A stretch of 64,000 nucleotides of DNA from Adineta vaga (taxonomy: Eukaryota > Animalia > Rotifera): NCBI GenBank assembly GCA_021613535.1, contig CP075492.1, positions 8,866,001 through 8,930,000 of the forward strand, read 5' to 3'. The translations under genes and the position numbers were made by a program. How positions within the stretch are numbered: position 1 is the first letter of the stretch; every line of letters starts with the position of its first letter. The notes beneath the pieces were generated by a model, which did no database searches, had not been told where the DNA came from, and saw nothing but the letters and a program-made list of their open reading frames with translations. Shown here in pieces: positions 41,164 to 52,878 of the stretch.

Positions 41164-42774
41164 AAACAACAACAACAACAGATAAACCACCACTCAATTC
41201 TGTCTATGCTGAATCCGTTAAAATTACAGATGTTATGACACATTTGAATGAATTACAACTTATTGCAACAAATGCTAATGGTAATCGTGCTATTAATACA
41301 CGTGGTTTTAATCAGACACTTGATTATATTTCCAATTCATTAACATCACAAACAAATTTTCAAGTAACCAAAAGCTTCTTTTATTTACGAAATTTTATAC
41401 TTGCAAACAATCCTATACTATTAACATCCATTGCTGGTAACGTTAAGAATCGTACATATTCAAATACGCTTTCAGCAGCTGAATTTTATATTGTTCAATT
41501 TACGAGATCAGCTAATTTTCCTGATCCTGTTCCTATCAGTGTTATTCCAAACGAAGGATGTACAGATAGTGATTGGACTGCTGCAAGTCTTTCTCCTGCT
41601 GGAAAAGTAGCTTTAGTTAAACGAGGTACTTGCAATTTTATTGATAAAGCAACACTCGCTGCTAAATATAATGTTGCTGCGCTTCTAATATACAATGATG
41701 GTGCTGCACCAGATCGAATTTCACCGATATTTATTAGTTTAGGACAAGAAAATGAATTAGTTGCATTGTTTCTTTCCTATACTCTTGGTCAAGAATTGGT
41801 TAATGCAGCTCAAAATCCATCAAATAATGTTGGTGTTCGTATCATCATTTCAATCACCGATGACGTACGTTTTCCAGTCGGTAATATTTGTGCCGATACA
41901 CCGACAGGTGATCCAACTCAAACGATTGTTGTTGGAAGTCATAGTGATAGTGTACCAGCTGGTCCAGGCATCAATGATAATGGTACATTTTCAAGATTAC
42001 ATGTCTTTTACATTCATTCTCTATTGTAGGTAGTGGTAGTGCTGCCAATCTCGGTCTTGCTATTGCACTTGCTCGACTCTTTCAAACATCAACATATGCA
42101 AAATACAAATATCGTGTTCGATTTTGTTGGTGGGGTGCCGAGGAGATTGGTTTACTTGGTTCTGACTTTCATGTTAAGCAAGCGAAACTCGCGACAACTG
42201 TTGGTGAACGTCTTCAAGATTATCTTGTCAACTTAAACTATGATATGCTTGGCTCACCTAATTATATCTTTGGTATTTATGATGGTCGAACAGCAAACAA
42301 TGCTACACCACCACTAGCTCTTCCAGGTAGTAATAAAATGAGTGCTCTATATCGTGATTGGTTCAATGAACAGAAACTACCATGGGATTATACTGATTTT
42401 AGTGGTCGAAGTGATTATGGACCGTTTTAGCTGAAGGTATTGTTGCTGGTGGATTGTTTTCGGGTGCTGACGAAACTAAATCGTTTGAACAACGTGATCG
42501 TTATATTAAACTGTTAGGACAAAATGCGGGTGGTGTTGCTGGTGCTATTCAAGATCCATGTTATCATAAAGCTTGCGATTCTATTGAAAATATCAATGTT
42601 TTTGCTTATGAAAAGATGGTACAGGCAGCTGCTTATGTTTTAGAATATTTAGCACGACAAAATGATTTAATTTCATGGCTTTATCCAAACGGTAGACCTA
42701 CACGAACACATGATCAATCGTCACGATCAAAATATAACTCTATTAATGAATATTTTGGTTTACCTTATCTATAG
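40959..42774 (+). CDS. PA-domain M28A aminopeptidase copy 4 (1-bp deletion in a T-run near 42425)
   Basis: Intron 41983-42029; reads ccgttttagct where paralogs have ccatttttagct; reading resumes in the shifted frame to ..YFGLPYL*. Confidence 0.9.
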
Positions 42775-43102
42775 ATTTTCTTTTTAGCAAGACATTTTAT
42801 TCTAACTTTTTCACTTTCAATTCACTCACATGTTAATGATGAATTACTTTTTCTTACTCTATTATAAATAAAATCGTGATCTACCACAATGTTTCTGGTA
42901 TTGGTAGAAAAAGAGTTATTGATAGAATATCTTTACTCATATTTCCTGTTCGCGTTTTTTCTTTGTCTAAAAACACGGAAATACTCTATATGTAGAGAGA
43001 GAGAACGGAGAAAAAGTTTCAGTCTCTTTCACTTTATATCGTCATTTCTAAGAAAACAATCGTTTGTAAAACGGATCGATTTATTACTACAATTAAGAAA
43101 CG

Positions 43103-43795
43103 ATGACTTTCAATGGCATGTTAAGAATTTTAGTTAATGATTATAAGAAACAACATGTAAGTTCATTCATTTCATAATAAAATTCATCAAAATTATTTAG
43201 GAACAAAAAATGGTTTCAATCGTGGATGAACTAATGAGAACACGTGATGAATTAAAAGAAGTTAAAGAAAAACTTCAAAATGTAATTCATTGTTTTTCTT
43301 GAAAAAAAAACATTCTTTCATTTCTCTCTTCTTCTAATTCAGCTACAATTAGGTATTAGTCCACCTTCATCATCTAATCTTTGTCATACTTCAATACCTA
43401 TTATAAGTTTATTTGTTCAATATAATGGATTTTTCAATGAACTATGTGATATCCGTCAAACAATAACTATTAAAGAACTATTGGTAAGTACGTGAGAATT
43501 TGCTCTTTATCGAATTTAATTATTCTTTCTCATCTAAAAATAGATCAAACTTCGACAAATAACTGGAATTTCTCTTGAACATCCCATAAATATACGTGTA
43601 CTTAGTGAAGATGGTTTAAACACATTATTTTTTCTTAATCAAAATCTTGATCAAACATTAGAATCCTATCGTGATCAGTTAAAACCACGAATGATTTTAA
43701 ATATTGAAGATGATGAAATCGCAATCCTTTCTAAAATCCGATCAAAAAGTACAACGAGTAGTGAACGCACTTATTCTTTTGAATCTGATGTTTAA
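43103..43795 (+). CDS. Coiled-coil + ubiquitin-like fold protein ending in -ESDV, 4 exons, not in ORF track
   Basis: Exons 43103-43156, 43201-43281, 43343-43483, 43544-43795 join in phase 0: MTFNGMLRILVNDYKKQH|EQKMVSIVDELMRTRDELKEVKEKLQN|LQLG..ISLFVQYNG..QTITIKELL|IKLRQITGISLEH..LDQTLESY..MILNIE..FESDV*. Confidence 0.75.
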
Positions 43796-44888
43796 CAAAA
43801 GAAATTTCGAAGATTTTTTCTGTAATTAAACATATATGTTTTATTTCGAATAAAGATATTGTTTGTCGTTTTCCAAATGTTGTTTTTTTACGGCATATGA
43901 AGAGAAATTTGAATGTCGATTAATCAACCATAATAAATAAGAATATTATCTAGTCGATTGCTTAGATAATTTAGTCTATAAAAGATTGTGACTGAATTAT
44001 TCCAAGGTTTTTCTTCTTCTTTTCGTTTATCGTTTATTGACATATCGTCTCTGTAATAAGATACAGTTAAAGAAAAATATGTTTTTTTTACATTCGACAG
44101 GAAATCTTAACAGTAAAAATCATATCAATGAGAAATGTCAAGAAGATAAAAAACATTCAAAGAAGACATTCTACTATAATCATTCAAATTTATTTCTATT
44201 CCTTTGTTATTTTCTACTTGTTATCTAAATAAATATTCAAATTCAAGTATTTGATGATCAATTTATATGCCAACTTTTGTTCTTTATTTTATAAGGTTAT
44301 TTATTGATTACTTGTTAAGTGCTTGACAAATTGTCCTATGTAATCTTATGAGCTTAACAAATAGAGTGTCAAATAGACTTGTACAATCACAAGAAAACAA
44401 TCTATGCTGATTATATAATTATTTTTATGGAATCAATTCTTACTATTGAATTAAATGATAGGTCAATTTTCGTTTACTTTTCTTCCTTTATAAATGTACC
44501 TCGTTAGTATTTCGTTTGACACATATGTATATGTGTATATGTGTATATATACATATATAACTGAAGATAATAGTCCGTATGATAGGTCTCATTTGTCATT
44601 GATTGAATGGTCATTGGCAAGCCTCATCATACATTTCGATTTGTATATTCGCCTATTCTTATCTGATTTTTGTTTCTTCTTCTTCTTCTTCTTTTATTTG
44701 CTCAAAAGTGCGCGTCTCTTTCTTCTCTTCTCTTCCTTTTACTTTACGTTTCGTTCGGCAGCAGCGACAATGACGATCACCGTTGATTGATTGTAAAATT
44801 TGTTGTATATATGTTCTGTTCTTTCTCTTTTTCTTTCTCCTGCGCAATTTTTTATACTTTATTGTAAAACAGCTCGCGATGCTCCACT

Positions 44889-47285
44889 ATGGACCTTCGA
44901 GTGTATGTTGATGGTGTTGCGCGCATCATCTGTGATTTGACTCGAACAACTACAGTGCATGATATCATCATTGCACTTGCTCAATACAAAGGTAAAGCAG
45001 GAAGATATTCATTAATACAACGTGCACCAGATGGAACACAGCGAACTTTATCTCCAAATGAATTAACATGTGAATTAATTCATCATCCTGATTGGGCTTA
45101 TATTTTACGACAAAATCCATCAAATCAAAGTTTATCAAATGGTCAGAAACGTTCGAAAAGTTTAGATGGACGAAAAACACCAACACAACAACAACAACAA
45201 CAACCACAGCATCAGCAGACATTTACTGACAGTATGTTAAAAGATTTTATTGCTTGACAAAATTTCGATGATGTATATATATACACAACCTTGGATACGA
45301 TAATACGTCTCAGTGAGAATCATATTTTTATGACATGTCAGGCAAATATAATTACATATATATTCAGTTATTTTCTAACAGAAAATATAATCAATTCATT
45401 GAGAAGCAATAACTGTATTCTTTTTTTTTCAAAATCTTCATTTGCTCATGTATACTGGCTGGTTTAATCTTTCACATTGTCATGTGAAATTTCAAGGTAC
45501 ATTTATTATTTTAATCTCTTCAGATCATTTTACTAATCAAGAGACACAGTATGATGAACGTGTAAGCAGATGTGTACATATACAAATCATTTCACTTCAC
45601 TTCAAAATCATCTACACTAGTCATTTATTGTTCGAATAACATAGTCAAGAGAAAGTAACATGAAGTTAATATCAAATACCTAAATTCTAATCGGCTTGAT
45701 GCTTGCGTGTCCATTAGAAAGATTAGTCTGAACATGTACAATCGATTGTTCTCTACTTAGTACATTAAATCTAATAATGTAGATATCGATTCTTTCGTTT
45801 TTCTATTCAATTAGATAAATTTTTCAATGAAGAAGTCAGTGACTGATTGTAGACAATAACAATATATACCTTGACACATTTTTTTTTCGAAATATATGTA
45901 TAATGTAAAGTTTAAAACAAGTAGAAGATAGGGATGATAGAGAAGGTTAATGACATAGGACGATGAAAGTAAACAGTCATATAAAATGAACAAAGATCAA
46001 ATATATCTTGCACTTTAAAATAAAAATATTCATTCTTTTTTCTTTGTACGTTAGAACTATCACCTATTACCTCATCGTCTCAACACTTTCGAACAATACC
46101 GAGTAGTGCATTTGTGACGTTAACATCTGACAATAAAAAACGTGCAAATATCCATCAGATATTTTCCTCAATTAATACAAATAATAATAACAATAATATT
46201 AATCACTTTCTTACTGATTCAACACCATCATCACCGACTTCAGCTAGGCATCGTTTATCACGAACTCCTATTAGTGAAAATCATCACCCATTTCCTTATA
46301 CTCGACCAAAATCTGCTATACCATCATCGTTAACTGAAAACAGTGCTTTTCATATTGTGCATAATCCGAACAGTAATTATACAAATATTCAACAGCAACA
46401 ACAACAACAACAACAGTATCTTGCATTAATACAAATATTAAAATCGCAGGAATTACAAGTTGAACAACAAGAAAAAGAATTAAATGAGAAACAAAATGGT
46501 TTGTAGAAATAAAAGACGAGTAGTTTCCTCAAAATGACTCATTTTGTTTTAGAAATTGAATATCGTGAAGCGATTCTTCGTCAAACTCAATTATATCATG
46601 AAAGTATTCAACATGAATTACAAATACTCGAAGAACGTGAACGACGTCTGGCATCTGAATGTCAAACCTATACTCAAGAATATTCACCAGATGCACTAGA
46701 TATTGAATTAGATTTTCACGAAAAACTACATTCAAATTATGAACATTTACAACAACAACTTGCACGTTGTTCTTCTACATTAGAACAAAAAAGACAGATA
46801 CAAGAGCAACTTCAATTTAATATTGAACAAATTCATGAAGAAATTGAACAAATACAAACAAATATTAATAATGATAAGAAGGTATTTATTTCACTACTTT
46901 TGTTTTTGAAATATCTACGCCTATTTTAGGATATCCTTCAATATGAATACGATCTTCAACGTTCAAATGTTTCATCAAAACAACAAGATGATTTATTAGA
47001 CATCTTGAATCAACGTAATGATGATATTGAACATATTATTCAACAAGATCAAAAAGATATTATGAACTTCGAAGATGCATTACTTGAACTTGAAGATCTA
47101 CTTATTCAAGGTAAGTCGATATTAACTCAATGATGACATGAATATAAATTTTTGAATTTCTAGATCTTCCCAATACATCCTATCATTTTCATGAGACTAC
47201 AACAAATGGTACGCTTATGCCTGTGCATCTTCAATTTATGAATAGTACTCTTTTAAAAATATGTCCAAGTGGCATATGGGTTTGA
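44889..47285 (+). CDS. N-terminal Ras-association domain protein, RASSF7/8-like
   Basis: MDLRVYVDGVARIICDLTRTTTVHDIIIALAQYKGKAGRYSLI matches the RASSF7/8 RA-domain start; long coiled coil; C-terminus PSGIWV*. Confidence 0.88.
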
Positions 47286-47530
47286 AAGAAAGAGAATCTA
47301 TTCCATTTTTATTTTTATATATATACTTATAATCAAATAAATATGTCTTTTTAATATTGAATTCAAGATAAACATTACTGCTTGTTCATAATCAACAGAA
47401 ATTTGTTGATTAGCTGAGTGTTACTGAATGAAAAAGACATAACATTTGTATAGTATTTGATTGTATAACTGATCGTATTAATACAATGTCATTTTTATAA
47501 GTAAGAGGATTACGATCATTGTTCTTATTT

Positions 47531-48107
47531 TCATAAGAGTCGTTTTGTTTCGATATCACGATTAGTAACAACTCGTTTATGAACAATTTTCTCTTCGTCT
47601 GGCAATGCATTCCATTGTAATTCAAGTTCTTGACGTATACTCCAACAGTGTGTTAAAGATGGTTTATAATCAAATATTTCATTCTTATCAATTCGTATAT
47701 ATGCTAATTGATGAAAAATATCATTATCAATAGCTTCATTTTCATATTTGTTTCGATCTTCTAATGGTAATTTATTCCAACGTTTCAGTAATTCCATTTC
47801 AATTTGTGTATTCGTTTTATATTTATCTATCTGAATGGAAATGTTTGAAAAGGAAATCTTTTGTATGAGAATAAGAATATCTTACTTGAAGATATTTAAT
47901 TTCGTGTCGATTGAAAGCAGCAAGACTGATTAAAGCAAGATAATCTTTATATGAACAAGTTTGTTCGCGTTCTTCATAAGCTTTTTTAGTCAATCGAACT
48001 GCATATTGAAAATTAGTTGATGATGATGTTGGATCTTTTTTATTTAGATTTGATTTCGTTTTCCTAATAGTTTTCGTTCGTGCTTTGGAAGAATTATTTA
48101 AAGTCAT
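47531..48107 (-). CDS. Small basic protein with two divergent HMG-box-like repeats, 2 exons
   Basis: ELLKRWNKLPLEDRNKYENEA and ELELQWNALPDEEKIVH resemble HMG-box helices 2-3; intron ~47885-47831. Confidence 0.55.
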
Positions 48108-48553
48108 TTAAAAATAAATTATATCAACCAAAAAAAAACGCGCTATCATAGTCAATAAGATTGATCTTGGTATAGTTTTCACCGACATTCTCTACTAGTT
48201 TAATTGTAAAAAAATGAAGTTGATATCGAATCTCTATAATTATCTCATTGTTTTGTTTTATAGTCAGACAAACATTTCAGCTCAGCATTAACAAAAAAAA
48301 TGTTAGATAATCGTAATGAAAAAAGTGGTTTTTTTTCTCCTAATGTATGCTATTCTATTCTTTCTTTTCTTACTGTTCTCATGTTGACATAAACCGTCAT
48401 ACTCCGCCATGACAGTAGGAAGTCGGTACAATTTTATTTTATTTCTTCATTTTCAAGAAAAAAAGAAAACAGTTTTGCTCATACCATTTGGTTTTTTCCT
48501 ATTTTGAAATAAATTTTGATTTATCATAACAATTGAAAGTTTCATTCGCAGCA

Positions 48554-50154
48554 ATGCAGTATAATCGGTAGGTTAACTTAATAATTTATTCATTCAAAGA
48601 ACGTCATTTGTCCGTGTATAGATTTCCAACAAATAATACGTCGAGAAATAAGCAAATACAACGTTGCAGAGATGGACATGATTGCCTTTTACAACATGAT
48701 AATTCGAACGAACATAATTCACTCTATTCACATCCTTGTCGTTGGTCAGAATTATGTCGTGAAATGAATAATAATAGTGAACATGCGCGTCTTTTTACAC
48801 ATGAACCACATCGTGTATCTCTTTGTAAATATGGTACTGACAGTTGTACTAAATTAACTGACCCAGAACATCGACGTGATCATCGCCATGAAGGTTTACC
48901 AGATTTCCTTGCTCAATGTAGATATAAAGCTGAATGTCGAGATCATTCGACAGAACATTTGAAAAAGTTTGCACATCCAATGAGTTTCTATCAACAAAGT
49001 CAAAGTAAATAAAAACAATACATTTAATATTTACAAATAATTTGATTTGATTAGATTTTAAAATTAATTCAAGAAATAATCAAACCCAATCTTCAATATT
49101 CAATCAAAAAGCTTGTAGATACGGTAGTGATTGTCGTAATCGATCTGATCCCGAACATTGTAATCGATATTCACATCCAATGATGACAACTTCCTCTCAA
49201 TCATCTAATTCTTCAACAAAATCATTCACTCCTCAATTACTTTTCACATCAACTAATAATTCAACTACTCGAATACCACGAAAATTACCTACATCGAATT
49301 CTCATATGTGCGGAGGTGGTGATGATATGGAACACGCTTATCGTATTGGCGGTGCTTTAGCTTTAGATTCGCTTAGTAAATCTGATCAACAAGCTATTCA
49401 AACTATGTCTGCTGATAAAATTATCGTCGTACCAGGTTCATATGATCATATTGATCGTGTACTGAGTAGTTTAAATATTAAATTTATTACTGTTCAGCAA
49501 CATGAAATATCAACTTATCCATTTCGTGCTGATCAAACTGTCTATATCAATTGTACGTCAACATTTCCTAAGGAAGCAGCAAAACGACTTCGACAAGAAG
49601 TGGAAAAGGGTCTTCATATAATTACTACTGATTGGGCATTAGCACATATTCATGATGTTGCATTTTCGGATTTTATCCGATATAATAGACAATCAACACG
49701 TGATGAAGTTGTTGGTATACAAGTTGCTGATTCTAATCATCCATTAGTAAATGGTTTTCTTCCTGCATCTAAACATGCACAACCACAATGGTGGTTAGAA
49801 ACGGGTTCATATCCGATCGAAATTATCAATAGAGATAAAGTACGCACTCTAATTCGATCAGAAACTTTAGGTCGAAACTATCATTCAGATGCTGTTCTTG
49901 TAACATTTGATTGTGGTCGAGGAAATGTTATTCATATGATTTCTCATTTCTATTTACAACGTTCTGAAACACGTGATTCTCGTCATCAAATGTCTGCACA
50001 ACAATATGCATTAGATATTAAAGCTTCACCTGCAGCAACAACTCTTGTTGCACAGCAAGGTCAAAATTTAAATTATGCTCAAATTCAATCATCATCAACA
50101 TCAGCACAATTTATTTACAATCAGCTTTCCACTCGTCTTAATTCAAGAAAATAA
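48554..50154 (+). CDS. Five PBZ-like zinc fingers fused to a class I glutamine amidotransferase-like domain, 3 exons
   Basis: Exons 48554-48567, 48622-49004, 49055-50154 join in frame; repeats C.YG..C......H...YSHP; C-terminal alpha/beta domain IIVVPGSYDHI..VYINC..GLHIITTDWA..WWLETGSYPI..GRGNVIHMISHFYLQ. Confidence 0.8.
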
Positions 50155-50227
50155 ATATATTTCCCTTATTTTTTTTCATATCTTATAATCTTAAACATTT
50201 CTCCATTTATACTTCAATAAAAGAAAG

Positions 50228-52742
50228 TTATTCTTGAATATTTGCTGTCATTTGCGAAACTTGAGTTGATGTGACACTAACTGAATCATTATCATTGACA
50301 TCCATCGAATATATTTCAGTCAATATTGATTTACTATCATGATCGATCGAATCTGTTTGTTTCTGACGAGATTTCAACATTTTTCTGCGGCTATACAATA
50401 AACCAATGATGAGTATGACACCTACTGTTGATAAGATAATAATTAACCAAAGATTGACACTTATTGTTGTCGTTTTCTTTTGACTACTTGCTATATTCCT
50501 ATCAAGTAAGATTTCACAAAAATCACCTGCTGTTGATGGATTACAAAAACATTCATTCTCAATGCATGAGCCACTATGTTGACACGGTTTACCTGAACTT
50601 AAACAACCATTCTCTTAATAGAAATTAGAAATTATTAGTACTGTAAATATAGTTAAAATTTATACCACAAAATGCTCCTTGATATCCAGTTTTTAGACAA
50701 TTACAAGTAAAATTATCTCGTCCTGAAGGTTTACATTGTCCATTATTCTTACCTAAATACCCTTCAATATAATCGTCTTTGAAAAGTAATTTATAAAAGT
50801 CTTACAGCGTTCAGCTGGACATGGATCTAAAAATATTGAGATATTATACATGATATCAATGTAAAAAAGCTGGTTGTTACATGAAGTAAGATGACAGAAT
50901 TTACCAGTCCAACCAGAATCTTCACAATCACAAATGAAACTAAAAATAAATACTAAGTAATAGTTAGAAAAGTCGAAAATCTGTTTCTTTTGTTGCCATT
51001 ATCCAATGACGAAGAGATATTATATAAAGTTTTCATTGACTCACTTTGGTGTATTACCCTAATAGAAGAACACGAATTTAAAACGAAGTTATATATATAT
51101 TGTGAAGTATTACTTACAAGTTGTAAGCATTTCGTATTATGTTGACAAGGATTCGGAAGACATGGATCTACGAAAACATTCATTAGAACAGTTTTTACAC
51201 AGCAATTATATTTACTTTTCGCTATCTCACAGATAGATCCTCTCCATAACGATGTACATGTACAACTATCTGGTTTGGTACAATTGCCACCATTCAGACC
51301 TAATTGAATTCTTAGATCGTACATTAACAAATGATTCAATTTCTTACAATGTGATGATAAGATGCCACATTTTTCTGTACAATAAGTACCACTATATGGT
51401 GTTTCTGTACAATCACATCGAACTAAATCTCTATCAGTAACTGCTGAACAGATGCCGTTGTTTTTACAGATATTTTTGTTGTCGTCACACTTTGTTTTGA
51501 AGGTAATCGCGGCTGGAAAAAAAATCTTAGTCAGTATCCTATAGGATAAATTGATGAAAATCTCTGAATGTTTAGTGAAATACAAATGTTCTAGTTAATC
51601 CAAATTTACTTATTTCACAAGCACCGGCTAAGTATTCATCGGGCTTTTCATCATTCAAACAATAAACAGGTCTAGCACTTAAGAGAGTACTTGACCACCT
51701 GTCATAAAAGACATAGAAATAGTTCTGTAAATTTCACTTAGTACAAATTGTACCTAACGAGAGAGATACGAGTTTCGTTTGAACTATTCTGAGTCCATGA
51801 TGGTCGAGGTACATGATATGATGGCTAAAATAAAACAGAACTTCACTAATGAAACTATGTAAATTATACATCACTTACTACTCCATTGATATTTGGACGA
51901 CACCACATTGAACTATTTTGATCAAATGTGAAACTTGTGTTATTAATCCATGAAAATTCACCAACTTAAATCGACTCATTTCTTTCTTTTATTTAGATCA
52001 AAAGATGAACTTACATTCAGCAAAGGGTTTATTCATTGCACCTATCCTGTAACGAATTTGTATTTCTTTTTAAGATAAAAGAAATAGGATAATCTACCAA
52101 TATCGACGATAATTTTCTCCATCGTTCGATCATAGATTCTTGACTCATTTGTACGGAATAGTTCTATGAACTAAGAAATACTTCTAACAATACTAAAATT
52201 ATTTTTGATTTACTCGAATCCAATCCAGATCATTAGGACTTCTGAAGACAATTAACTAGAATAGAGTAGAGCGATATATGAAAATAAGTCATAATATCTA
52301 TACATCAGCGAGATTCGTTTGACATCTACTTCTTGCACCAGACCAAGTACTTTTTATATAATCAAAATAATAACAACGTGATTCTAATATATATATATAT
52401 ATATGAAATTGAATTATAAGACATGAATGAAATTCAAACCTCTTTGAAACCATCGAAATGGACAATAAACACAACGATGACCAGTATCATCCCAAAAGAC
52501 TCTTCCTGGATCATTACTGTACGGTTTTCTACAAGTGCATCTGTTTTTATCGTCACATACTACTCTTCCATCATGCCAATTAGTACAATCATGCGTAAAA
52601 TTACAAATACCATTGTAAGGTACGTTCTGTCCATCTATATCATATTTGTAAAAGTGAATAAAAAAATTTTTAACAGAAGAAAAACCTTACTCGAATAAGC
52701 ATACTGAAGTAATATAATGATAGTAGTAAGAATGATTAGCAT
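50228..52742 (-). CDS. Type I membrane protein: Cys-rich module + C-type lectin + multiple EGF repeats
   Basis: Signal peptide MLIILTTIILLQYAYS; CPFRWF..RCYYFDYIKSTWSGARSRCQ..FSWIN..RPVICL lectin domain; EGF repeats CKNNGIC, CLPNPCQH, TGWTGKFC, CQHSGSC; TM LWLIIILSTVGVILIIGLLY; many short introns. Confidence 0.85.
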
Positions 52743-52878
52743 AAATAGTAATGAATCGAAAATTTATTCAGCATGTAAATGCTTAGCAACGATAGTTTTA
52801 CTCAGTCTTCTTTGCTCGATTATCTGGCACAAAAATTTTATTATAAAAATATTATTACAACAAAAGTATATATATAAA

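Noticed and set aside
35031-42236. Recurrent 64-67 aa ORFs MVVLPISVLLLHLLD.. in each M28 copy
   Set aside because: Alternative-frame shadow of the conserved M28 exon 2, starting at a non-ATG codon
781-50154. Genome-maintenance cluster (RAD21, CHK2, HMG-like, PBZ)
   Set aside because: The genes are spread over 50 kb among unrelated loci, with no evidence beyond chance
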